Of a stretch of 64,000 nucleotides of DNA, positions 53,038 to 62,041 are shown piece by piece. Source of the DNA: Bdellovibrionota bacterium. Lineage in GTDB: Bacteria; Bdellovibrionota_C; UBA2361; JBIKUX01. The stretch lies in contig JBIKUX010000008.1 of the NCBI GenBank assembly GCA_044347345.1, positions 1 through 64,000 on the forward strand, written 5' to 3'. The translations under genes were made by a program, and so were the position numbers. A model generated the notes under the pieces. It saw only the letters and a list, made by a program, of their open reading frames with translations. It did not search any database and was not told the origin of the DNA. Positions within the stretch are counted from its first letter, which is position 1; each line of letters starts with the position of its first letter.

Positions 53038-53595
53038 TTATAGCCCATCACCTTGCTTTTTTGCCAGACTTTCTAATAGTTCCTTTACACGCTTTGGATG
53101 CCTTACACCACCAATTTTTATGTAGCCCAAATCTTTTAAAGTCATTCCAACTTGAACTTCGCCCACATCTACAAGATGCCCCCAATACGACTGCTTTACA
53201 TTAAGAGCTCTAATTGAGTGGTAAGCAATCTCTTTGCGGTCACTTATAGGGGAAAGTATTCCCGAGTAATGCACAACATGGTTACGCTCGAGCATCAGCT
53301 TTTCGTTATAAAGGGAATAGGCGGCTTTTAATACCAAAGCAAGAGGTAGTAACTGAAGTACAGGAAAGTCGTATTCAAAAAGCCTACCTGCAAGATAAAA
53401 GGAAAAAAGTGATAGATTGGTACCGGGAAAATAAATAGATATAAACGTAAAAATTACTCCTAGTAACACAGCCAAAGCTAAAAGTGGTCCCTGAGACAAT
53501 AAATGTGGCCTAATTGCATGCCCTTTTTGTTGTTGCTGGCTTATCTTTTTTCGAAAGCGAGAAACCTGAGCTATTTTTTTTTCAGACGGATCCAT
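53038..53595 (-). CDS. membrane protein with bacterial PH domain
   Basis: Two TMs then GIL....EI.Y..I..L.VKQS.WG.L.DVG.V....I.GV.HP..V pattern. Confidence 0.75.
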   Translation of the reverse strand: MDPSEKKIAQVSRFRKKISQQQQKGHAIRPHLLSQGPLLALAVLLGVIFTFISIYFPGTNLSLFSFYLAGRLFEYDFPVLQLLPLALVLKAAYSLYNEKLMLERNHVVHYSGILSPISDRKEIAYHSIRALNVKQSYWGHLVDVGEVQVGMTLKDLGYIKIGGVRHPKRVKELLESLAKKQGDGL

Positions 53596-53635
53596 ACCTT
53601 TCTATATTCCTCAACTTTTAGTACCTCTACTTTAG

Positions 53636-54892
53636 TCAAAAAATTTTTGAGATAAAGTAAAGACTAAGACCGACTAAGCCACCTACTAATGTGCCATTGA
53701 TTCGAATGTATTGCAGATCCTTAGATAGGTAAGATTCAAGGCGACCCACCAAAGTGGGTGTATCCCACGAATCTATCGTTCGAGCAATTGTGTCAGATAT
53801 CTCATGGCGATGCTTTCCAATAACCATCTCTCCAATAATCCTCAAGGTACGATTCAGGCGCTCGCAAAATTCTTGATCCTGATTAACTGATAAACTGACC
53901 TTTTTTATGAAACGGTCAATTGGTTCAATGAGCCTAGGAGACTCTTTACCTAAATCAGCCACAACAGCAGATACAATTGCATAACCGATAGAACTAATAG
54001 ACGACAAAAGCCGATCGTTAGTTACAAATGCATGGGTTATCTGAGTAATCATAACTTTTAACTTGGAATCTTGCTGAGCTTGCAAAACAAACTGCCCAAC
54101 AGATTCACGAAACCGTATGCGCAACTCATGAGAAGGATCTGTTAGAGCGGCTTCAATTGTATCATTAATCTTATTTATAATCGCTTCTACAATTGTTCTA
54201 TCAATAAAAGAGGGCACAAACCACGGGCTCGCATCACGGATTTTATCTTTAATCCACTTCTGATTGGCGAGTAAATATTCTCTACCTAATTTTGCAATTT
54301 CATCGAAAAACACCTCATGATTGCTCGCTTCAGCGATTGTCTCAATTAATGCTCCAAGCAACTTTGGTAGCTCAATATGCCCAAGCTCCTCCAGAATAAC
54401 TTCACGAAAAAAGACACGATATTCTGGGTCGTGAGCTACATCAACTAAACGTTCCATTACTCGCTGGATGCGGTTAAGAATAAATGTACGATTATCGTCA
54501 TCTGCCAGCCACCTAGATAATGGGCCTGCTATATCGATACGCTGCTCCGTAAGTATGCGTTCAGATATTAGGTACTGCTCGATAAATTCCCCTAGACTCC
54601 GCCCTATTCGTTCCTTGTTTCGGGGGATAACCGCAGTGTGAGGGATTGGAAGACCAAGTGGCTTGCGAAAAAGAGCCGTAACCGCAAACCAATCGGCCAA
54701 AGCTCCGACCATAGCGGCTTCACTAAATGAACGAATTATGTCGATTGATGGATAAAATTGCTCCAGAGCACTGCTACAAAAAAATAACAATGCCATACTT
54801 AATAAAAGCACAGTTGCAAAAAAACGCATTGTGCGGTCACCATGCTTGGGTTCAGTGTGGGCAAACATAAACACAATTCTTGTTACTGACAC
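53636..54892 (-). CDS. DUF445 (YjiN-like) membrane protein (true start probably downstream of 54892)
   Basis: EAAMVGALADWFAVTALFRKPLGLPIPHTA, DLQYIRINGTLVGG. Confidence 0.93.
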   Translation of the reverse strand: MSVTRIVFMFAHTEPKHGDRTMRFFATVLLLSMALLFFCSSALEQFYPSIDIIRSFSEAAMVGALADWFAVTALFRKPLGLPIPHTAVIPRNKERIGRSLGEFIEQYLISERILTEQRIDIAGPLSRWLADDDNRTFILNRIQRVMERLVDVAHDPEYRVFFREVILEELGHIELPKLLGALIETIAEASNHEVFFDEIAKLGREYLLANQKWIKDKIRDASPWFVPSFIDRTIVEAIINKINDTIEAALTDPSHELRIRFRESVGQFVLQAQQDSKLKVMITQITHAFVTNDRLLSSISSIGYAIVSAVVADLGKESPRLIEPIDRFIKKVSLSVNQDQEFCERLNRTLRIIGEMVIGKHRHEISDTIARTIDSWDTPTLVGRLESYLSKDLQYIRINGTLVGGLVGLSLYFISKIF

Positions 54893-54930
54893 TCAAATAC
54901 GTTCAAACCATCACTACACTTTGTGGATCT

Positions 54931-56052
54931 ATGAAAAATAATTCTAGTGGCAATATTCAAAATATCTTGCCCCCTCCATGGATTTCAGTAATTCTTATTC
55001 TTACTGGGCTTACTTGGATCATAGTAAAACTTAGAGAGCTCTGTTTTTTTCTTCTTCTCGCCTATCTTATCAGTTATCTAATCCATCCATCGGTAAGTTG
55101 GCTAGAACAAAAAAAAGGTGTTCCACGCTGGATGGGATGTATAGGCGTTGTTGGAGGTGTATGCCTTGTCGCTCTGCTTCTACTTCTTTCAGTTCTTCCC
55201 TATATTCTTAATGAGGTAATCAGACTAATTCAGCACTTACCATCATCATTCAGTCAAGCACAGGAGGTGATAACAAACTCGCTAAAGAATATTCCCTTTA
55301 TCAATCACCTACCTTGGGATCAACTTATAACGGGCAGTAAAATTTCCGAGTTTTTAAAATCGCGACTCATTAATGATGGAACACTTAAAACCGTAACTGC
55401 GGCATTAGGGAGTGCTCTTTTGGGAGGTTACTCCTTCGGAATGACAGTAATTAACCTCGCACTACTACCTTTCTTTGTGTTCTACATAACCATTGATTTT
55501 ATCCCACTTCATAAAAACGCTCTACTTACAATACCCAGTAGATACAGACCCAAAGTCACGCAGATCATAACCAAAATTAATAAAATTATTCGAGAATTTT
55601 TAACGGGACAAATAATCGTAGGAGCCATTCTATCAGTACTTTATCTTGTAGGACTACAAATTGTTGGTCTACAACTCTCTGCCGCTATTAGCATCATCTC
55701 TGGATTTGGTAACCTAGTGCCGTATCTTGGAGGAATATTAGGTGCCTTTTTAGCAACATTAATCTCAATTTCATCTGTTGGCTCATTAGGCCACGTCCTT
55801 GGCGTTTGGACTGTATTTATTGTAGTGCAACTGCTCGAGAGCTTTTTAATTACCCCAAAAATTGTTGGTGACCAGGTAGGAGTGTCCCCCCTTACCGTTT
55901 CAATTGCGCTGATAGCAGGAGGAACTTTATTTGGTCTACTGGGAATAATGATAGCAGTTCCGGCTACCGCGGCCTTAAAAATATTGCTCTGGGAACTTTT
56001 AGTTTACCTTAAAGCCGATGTAACTCTTGCTACTGATGCAAACAAGAAGTAG
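54931..56052 (+). CDS. AI-2E family transporter (PerM/TqsA-like)
   Basis: LAYLISYLIHP, GQ, NLVPYLG, QLLESFLITPKIVG, GLLGIMIAVP. Confidence 0.92.
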   Translation: MKNNSSGNIQNILPPPWISVILILTGLTWIIVKLRELCFFLLLAYLISYLIHPSVSWLEQKKGVPRWMGCIGVVGGVCLVALLLLLSVLPYILNEVIRLIQHLPSSFSQAQEVITNSLKNIPFINHLPWDQLITGSKISEFLKSRLINDGTLKTVTAALGSALLGGYSFGMTVINLALLPFFVFYITIDFIPLHKNALLTIPSRYRPKVTQIITKINKIIREFLTGQIIVGAILSVLYLVGLQIVGLQLSAAISIISGFGNLVPYLGGILGAFLATLISISSVGSLGHVLGVWTVFIVVQLLESFLITPKIVGDQVGVSPLTVSIALIAGGTLFGLLGIMIAVPATAALKILLWELLVYLKADVTLATDANKK

Positions 56053-57013
56053 TAATCAACTGAGCTAACTCTGATTTGGTTTGCTCGTAAATAACTACTA
56101 ACTTAGCGATGTCTTCTCGACTGGGCATAACTAAAGGTAGCCTACACTCACCGACATCTTCAGAAACCTCGTTCATAAGAGCCTTGATGGGAACTGGATT
56201 TGGGCCAATCTTAAGCAATGCCCTTGCTAGCGGATACATTACGTACATTACCTGAGCGGCAAGCTCAGTATTTCTTGATATCCAAGCGTTATACAAGGTG
56301 ACCATTCCCTCCGGCAAAACATTCGCTAAAACTGAGACTACTCCGCACCCACCTACGCTGAGTATTGGAAGAGTAAGCGAATCGTCGCCGGAAAGAATTG
56401 CTAACTTTCTTCCGCTTTTGCTGAGTAAAGCGGCAACTTCAGTGATCTCGTCAAGGTCACCGTTAGATGCCTTAAGCCCAATTACATTGCTACATTCTTG
56501 CGCAATCTTTGTAAGAGTTGCGGGCGAAATATTTATACCAGAGCGTCCTGGTATATTGTATACAACTAAAGGAACACCAATTTCATTAAGGGCACTAAAG
56601 TGCGCTATCAAACCTTGAGGCGAGGGCTTGTTGTAATAGGGGCACACAATTAGACATGCATCAACTCCGGCAAGTGCGGCTTGAGCAGTTAGTCGCACTG
56701 CCTCAGCTGTCGAATTTGACCCAGTACCCGCAATAGTTGTCATACCAAACGACTTCGCAGTACGAGCCACTAATTCTACAATCGCCTCATGCTCCTCGTG
56801 GCTAACGGTAGGCGATTCTCCAGTGGTGCCACATGGTACAACTCCGTTAACACCAGCTTGAGCCTGAGCCTTGATGAGCTCTTTAATGCGGTCATAGTTA
56901 ACCTCACCTTGCCGATTTTTAAATGGTGTGACTAAGGCAGTAGTAACGCCAGACAAATTAAGAGTATCCTGGTGGCCAACTTTTTTACTTGTATCGGTAT
57001 TTTTAGAAGTCAT
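56030..57013 (-). CDS. dapA: 4-hydroxy-tetrahydrodipicolinate synthase
   Basis: TALVTPF, CGTTGESPT, GTGSNST, PYYNKP, YNIPGRS, GLKAS, SGDD. Confidence 0.96.
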   Translation of the reverse strand: MTSKNTDTSKKVGHQDTLNLSGVTTALVTPFKNRQGEVNYDRIKELIKAQAQAGVNGVVPCGTTGESPTVSHEEHEAIVELVARTAKSFGMTTIAGTGSNSTAEAVRLTAQAALAGVDACLIVCPYYNKPSPQGLIAHFSALNEIGVPLVVYNIPGRSGINISPATLTKIAQECSNVIGLKASNGDLDEITEVAALLSKSGRKLAILSGDDSLTLPILSVGGCGVVSVLANVLPEGMVTLYNAWISRNTELAAQVMYVMYPLARALLKIGPNPVPIKALMNEVSEDVGECRLPLVMPSREDIAKLVVIYEQTKSELAQLITTSCLHQ

Positions 57014-57173
57014 TTATTTACTGTGCTAGACAAAATTAACTAATCCCACATTAATTACGAATCCTAGTTTAAATATTGCGGGATTTAATATTCGTAACTC
57101 TTTAAGCTTATGATTAACACCGTTAACTATTTAACATACTTTATTACCAGAGCTGAACAGCTACCGCGATGCT

Positions 57174-57223
57174 AAAACGGACAATAACAAAACGGACAAC
57201 GCCACAATGAGCAACGCCACAAT
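57174..57223. repeat. drifting 15-bp-period tandem repeat in dapA/yaeQ divergent spacer
   Basis: AAAACGGACAATAAC / AAAACGGACAACGCC / ACAATGAGCAACGCC / ACAAT. Confidence 0.7.
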
Positions 57224-57387
57224 CGAAACGATGGCTGAACTAAAAAAATCCCAAAGAAATAGCTCAATAAACGAAAAGGGTACACTACGAAAAAAAACAA
57301 GTCATCAAAAAATCTGTAAAGCCGTTTTTAAAATTACCACTTTTCCCGTAGTTTCTCCCTGTCAAACCACTTAATAGATCTAGTTAC

Positions 57388-57987
57388 ATGAATTTCCTTG
57401 ACGGAATCTTTTCATTTCATATTGCCCTATATAATGCCCAGCAAAATTCGGAAGCTATTATTCGGCTCAAAGCGCCACGACACGAGCAAGAACCGGTGCT
57501 ATTTTTTTACGCAAAAATTATAGCTTTTATTCACTCTTATCACGAAAAACTTCAATTTCAGTCAAATATCCGGTCAAGTGAAGAAATAGTAGCATCCACT
57601 CCCGAGGACTACTCTGGCCTAATGCCACAAAAATTATTTATTGGCGCTCCCTCTACACGAGCCTTAAAAGCGTTCGCAAGGCAAGGAAAAGAATTAGGTT
57701 CAAATGCAATGAGAGGATATTGTTTTGAATCAGTACAAGTTGAGGCCATCTGCACCGCTCTAAAAGGTAGTGGCAGTAATTGGATTGAACCAGTAACCTT
57801 TTTTCGAATAGATCACAGATTTTTACACCAATTAAGTGAACTTGAGACAGGTAAGCAGCGCTGGGAAGTGACTATAGTAGAAAATAATCACCTGTACCTA
57901 TCAACTAACCACCGACAACTGGAAACTGATATTGCCGCAATCGATATTTGGGCTACTTTTCAGCACCTAATTGCCAATAAGACATAA
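57388..57987 (+). CDS. divergent YaeQ-family protein
   Basis: RH..E......KIIAF......LQF, IG.P, L.QL.......W.VTI....LYL pattern of YaeQ. Confidence 0.65.
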   Translation: MNFLDGIFSFHIALYNAQQNSEAIIRLKAPRHEQEPVLFFYAKIIAFIHSYHEKLQFQSNIRSSEEIVASTPEDYSGLMPQKLFIGAPSTRALKAFARQGKELGSNAMRGYCFESVQVEAICTALKGSGSNWIEPVTFFRIDHRFLHQLSELETGKQRWEVTIVENNHLYLSTNHRQLETDIAAIDIWATFQHLIANKT

Positions 57988-58207
57988 AACCTTGGTACAC
58001 CCTAGAATTATTTAACAGTGTTTTCAGCTATATAACTCGCTTTTAATTCTACGATGTACCAAAATTTAACGAACGTTTTAATATTCCGGTTCTACAAAAC
58101 GAACACCAAAAGTTTTAGCCAAGATAGTTAAGTACGGTGGCGAGATATACCAGGACGTTGCTAGCTACACAGAAACTATCATTAAGAGAGACCAGAACCT
58201 CTTAGCG

Positions 58208-58684
58208 TTAAAGTAACTTTGGTTGATGAGAGCCCGATACAGCTGCCAGAGACATCACGGCACTGCATGCCAACTCAAGGGCTAGAAGGTCACGGCTGCC
58301 TAATTTTATTCGGCGACGCTCCTCTTCTGTTCTACCGGTCACAATCCTTAACCAAGATGTTTCATTAGCGGATGGTTTTTGACCTTTCACCGTCTTATCT
58401 CGATATAATTTTATTAAAATGTCTGGAGTGTTATTCTCGTCACTACCCTGAAGAATAATATTTTCGTCAAGAGACTCAAACTCGTAGAGAAACGCCCGAG
58501 TAGTAGCCCATAAGCCTCCGACTGCATCAAGAGGAAGTAAAATATCAGCAGCTCCAGCTGTAGACGGAGCTTGAATACCCTCAACTATGGGAATGTAAAG
58601 CAGTCTAAGACCATTGGCCTGAGGAACAAGTTGCAAACGCCCAAAAGATTTGTTGATAAAAAATGTGATGCCACCGAAATACAT
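58208..58684 (-). CDS. hypothetical protein, candidate Whirly-fold ssDNA-binding protein
   Basis: AAGGGAG 9 nt before ATG 58684; two strand-rich plus helix repeats resembling Whirly by eye. Confidence 0.55.
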   Translation of the reverse strand: MYFGGITFFINKSFGRLQLVPQANGLRLLYIPIVEGIQAPSTAGAADILLPLDAVGGLWATTRAFLYEFESLDENIILQGSDENNTPDILIKLYRDKTVKGQKPSANETSWLRIVTGRTEEERRRIKLGSRDLLALELACSAVMSLAAVSGSHQPKLL

Positions 58685-58964
58685 ACGCACTCGCTCCCTT
58701 CAAAAAAAACACCTTAACGCTGTAACCTCTGTTCATGCCGAGTTAACCAAAAACCCTAGCGCGTGTCTTAGCAGCGTGCTCCCAAACTAAATTAGTCACT
58801 AATACTCAGTTATTACTGAGGAGTTAGAACATGCGTCATTTATTTTTAGTTATTTTATATTGCGGTGATACCAATCAGCTTTAGCCTGAGACTATATATT
58901 TTTTGCCTCATAAAAATATATACCTTGACTAGATAAGTGAAGAGGCCGAAAAAAAAGTTTAAGC

Positions 58965-59007
58965 TATTTATTACAGACAACAGATATTTATTACAGACAC
59001 TAGATAT
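58965..59007. repeat. 20-bp direct repeat upstream of the tra-like operon
   Basis: TATTTATTACAGACAACAGA / TATTTATTACAGACACTAGA / TAT. Confidence 0.8.
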
Positions 59008-59098
59008 GATTGTGCCTGAGGCTTATTAGCGTAGGCTCTCTTGTTAAGTTAGCGCAAAAAGCATTACCCGTAGCCAAAAATGGCAGGAGCAACTCAGT

Positions 59099-59791
59099 AT
59101 GAAAGGCCTTCTTTATTCAAACTCTCGCAAATCAACAAAGAGCTTAGTATTGAGTAAGACGATGATACTACTGTCTATCATCATAAATTCACTATTTTGC
59201 GGATTAACGTTGGCAGATGGGACCTCTAGTTTTGGTACTTCAGAAACTAACTCAAATGACCCTTCGGCTCCAGACGAGTATTTTGATAACACCAAAAAAG
59301 AAGTATCGGCCTCAGATTCCCAAGAACCCAAAACATCATCTCCTATCGCAGATAGTGGCTCCTCAAATACTGAAAATCAATTAGGTGACTCAGAAATAAA
59401 AGATGCTGCGACGGTAAAAAGTTCAGTTGCAGTCCAAGAATCAGATACTGCCCAACAAAATTTACCCACATCGGAAAAGAAAAATTCTCCCAACGCGCAG
59501 AAAGGTGCCAGAGCCTCGGTCTCTATAGCTACAGCCTCTAGCGAACAAATGGCCGCAGCTATTGGTCATTATGCCCGAGCTCGCTCGCTCCTAATAGCTG
59601 CAGTAAGAGAGTTCGATAAAGGAATGTCCAAGGCTGATGCTTCGCCCCTTCTTGACACTTATGTGTGGAGGGAGTCAATGATAAGTCACGCCGCTGAACT
59701 AGAGAGAATACTCAGTCCAAAACCACGAGAATCAAAAACTGGAGTTCAATTTGAACCAGATCCTAGGCTTTTAGGTGAAGCAACAAAGTAA
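59099..59791 (+). CDS. exported protein with disordered Ser/Asp-rich N-half and helical C-terminal domain; first gene of tra-like operon
   Basis: AGGAG RBS; signal-like hydrophobic stretch. Confidence 0.7.
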   Translation: MKGLLYSNSRKSTKSLVLSKTMILLSIIINSLFCGLTLADGTSSFGTSETNSNDPSAPDEYFDNTKKEVSASDSQEPKTSSPIADSGSSNTENQLGDSEIKDAATVKSSVAVQESDTAQQNLPTSEKKNSPNAQKGARASVSIATASSEQMAAAIGHYARARSLLIAAVREFDKGMSKADASPLLDTYVWRESMISHAAELERILSPKPRESKTGVQFEPDPRLLGEATK

Positions 59792-59873
59792 CTTAGGTCG
59801 ATAGAAAAAAGTACCGACAAAGCCTAAAGAAATTTAGGAATGGAGGGATAAATACCTAAACGGTGGTTTGTTG

Positions 59874-59907
59874 ATGGTGGTGCTTTTCATGGTGGTGCTT
59901 TTCATGG
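59874..59907. repeat. 15-bp tandem duplication before traL-like gene
   Basis: ATGGTGGTGCTTTTC x2 plus ATGG. Confidence 0.85.
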
Positions 59908-59916
59908 GTAAATTTT

Positions 59917-60339
59917 ATGGATAGTGGTGAAGAAATTCCCGGATTAGGAGATTCTTGGACATTTTTAGGTGCAAAGCCTTTTGAGTGGCTATCTGGCCTC
60001 CCTACTTTTTTAATAGTTTCTGAGTTCTTTTTTAAAGGCTCTGCCGCTAAAAATATGCCTATCCTACTTATTTGTATGATAGGAACTACAATTACCCTTG
60101 CAACTCTCAGACAACGGTTCCCAGATGAGGAGCGAGGTCTCCTAAATTTACTAGCTGTTAAGTGCGGTTTTCCGCCTCCAAACATCCCTATTCCTGCTGA
60201 GTTACAGCCTATTTGGAGCGGCGCACCAATAAGAGAGTTGCCGGCGGAACGCGAGTTTGTGCAACTCGGATTAGACAAGGTGTTTGATACAACCCCGTGG
60301 GATGAAAGTGACCCGAATCACAACACTAAAAATGCGTAA
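59917..60339 (+). CDS. TraL-like inner membrane protein
   Basis: IPGLGD..TFLG...FEW N-terminus, two TMs, position before traE/K/B/V. Confidence 0.55.
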   Translation: MDSGEEIPGLGDSWTFLGAKPFEWLSGLPTFLIVSEFFFKGSAAKNMPILLICMIGTTITLATLRQRFPDEERGLLNLLAVKCGFPPPNIPIPAELQPIWSGAPIRELPAEREFVQLGLDKVFDTTPWDESDPNHNTKNA

Positions 60340-60500
60340 ATATTTAAGTTTATCTGTCTAAAAAGTTACTCAAGTCGTTAAGGTCGTCAACCGTAGCATT
60401 AAGTAGAGAGAAGACGAACAAACGAAAGAAAAACTTTAAAACCAGTGATATAAATAAACTGGTAAGTAGCAAGAATTTGAACCAAAAGAGAAAGTAAAAA

Positions 60501-61160
60501 ATGGCAAAAAGGCCAAAAGAAGCAGTCTCACAGCTACTAGAGGCAAGTAAGGTCTCAAGCCTTGGTGAGACAAGTGATACGCTTAGAGTGTGGGATCAGT
60601 ATCGTGATGAAGCTCTGCTCTGGAGATCTGTCGCACTTTTTCAGGCTCCGGCTTCACTACTTCTCATAATTTTCTGCTTTTATCTTTGGAGTAGCCGACA
60701 CACTACGCTTCATGTCCCAGCTAAACCAGCACCCGGCATTTATTCTGCGGAAGAAATCCCTGATATAGTTTTTATTGATACCGCTACCGAATTTGTCAAC
60801 CTCATCGCATCTTATCAACCAATAATTGCTCGAAGACAATTTGAATCAGCTCGCGAGTTACTCGCTGAACCAATGCTCACAAGTTTTAGTCGGGAAATGC
60901 TTGAAACAGAATTAAGTGCTATCGAAACTACCAAAAGAACCCAGCTATTCTTTACAGACCCGACTAAAACAACAGTAAAACGAGACCGAGATCAAGTGAC
61001 AGTAAATTTTGTAGGTGAAAGATTAAAAATAGTAGCTGGACGTGAGTTACCATCTGTAACTTCAGAATATAGTATTATCCTGTCATCTATTCCTCACAAC
61101 AAACTTAACCCCTACGGTATAGCTATCGTGGGAGCAAATTTTAAAGATATAGTGCGATAA
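60501..61160 (+). CDS. traE: TraE-like (VirB8-fold) bitopic T4SS protein
   Basis: Single TM, TLHVP, F.NL..SYQP, V.FVGER...VAG, NPYGI; position before traK. Confidence 0.7.
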   Translation: MAKRPKEAVSQLLEASKVSSLGETSDTLRVWDQYRDEALLWRSVALFQAPASLLLIIFCFYLWSSRHTTLHVPAKPAPGIYSAEEIPDIVFIDTATEFVNLIASYQPIIARRQFESARELLAEPMLTSFSREMLETELSAIETTKRTQLFFTDPTKTTVKRDRDQVTVNFVGERLKIVAGRELPSVTSEYSIILSSIPHNKLNPYGIAIVGANFKDIVR

Positions 61161-61182
61161 TTTAGGAGCAATATTTTAACTA

Positions 61183-62016
61183 ATGAATACTCTGAGTCGG
61201 TCATCTTTCTTCGCTCGTATCAAACTAGCTCTTTGTTTTGTTGTTATCTGGGCGTTTGTTTTAGTCAGTGTGGGCTTACCGGAAATAGCTAGCGCCAGAA
61301 CTCTCGAATACGATCAAAGCGAAGTAGCTGTATACGTAAATCCTGGAGAACCTACCCAAATTAGGTTCCCCGGCACCATATCTGGAGGATTTAAAAAGAA
61401 AAAATCTTCTATCGCTTTAGACCGAAAACAATCAGATTTAATCGTTTTTGCCAACGAGGCAATAGCTTCTGAAGGAGAAGCCATTATAGTAAGACTAAAT
61501 GATGGTCGATCGTACTCTTTACGCATTCAACGGGCTGGAGAAAATACTCCACCGCGTGACGATGTAGTACAAATCGATGATCTTAGGTCACCTGTAACAC
61601 CTCTAGGAGAGGAGGAAGAAGAACCTCCTTTTAAAGAGCGAGACTTTCAATATGCTCCTCCAACACAAATTAGTGGCCTAATGCGTGAACTAGTCCTTCA
61701 CGCTGAATTTGCTAAATCTAATATTCCGGGCTACCGAGTCAGTGAAAGATACAAGGGTGAAACAATTTTGAATGATGGAACATTGCTCGCTACTATTGAA
61801 AAAATATTTATAGGCCGAGCACTTTGGGGGTATGTACTTACAGTTGAAAATCAACTCGATGTCGCTCAAAAGCTTAATCCAGCCACATTTAGAATAGATG
61901 GAACTCGGGCAATATCTGCAAATTATTGGGAACTCTCTCCACGACCACTTACTGTAGAACAACAAATAGCAGGTCGGCACAAATCTAAAGTGTACATTGT
62001 AACAAGAGCAAAGTGA
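61183..62016 (+). CDS. traK: TraK-like F-type T4SS outer-membrane core protein
   Basis: Signal peptide, PTQIRFP, DGRSYSL, GY.LTVEN...LNPATF...GTRAIS...L......SKVYIV. Confidence 0.8.
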   Translation: MNTLSRSSFFARIKLALCFVVIWAFVLVSVGLPEIASARTLEYDQSEVAVYVNPGEPTQIRFPGTISGGFKKKKSSIALDRKQSDLIVFANEAIASEGEAIIVRLNDGRSYSLRIQRAGENTPPRDDVVQIDDLRSPVTPLGEEEEEPPFKERDFQYAPPTQISGLMRELVLHAEFAKSNIPGYRVSERYKGETILNDGTLLATIEKIFIGRALWGYVLTVENQLDVAQKLNPATFRIDGTRAISANYWELSPRPLTVEQQIAGRHKSKVYIVTRAK

Positions 62017-62041
62017 GTAAGGTAGTAGCAGTAGTAACAAC

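Noticed and set aside
57014-57387. Lysine riboswitch upstream of dapA
   Set aside because: No recognisable L-box conserved sequence or terminator on the minus strand
47649-59907. Short direct repeats as possible CRISPR arrays
   Set aside because: Repeats are adjacent tandem units of 20 bp or less without spacers; no cas genes
59856-60278. 140-aa minus-strand ORF with HEKHHHEKHHH
   Set aside because: Antisense to the traL-like gene; the His repeat comes from the 15-bp duplication
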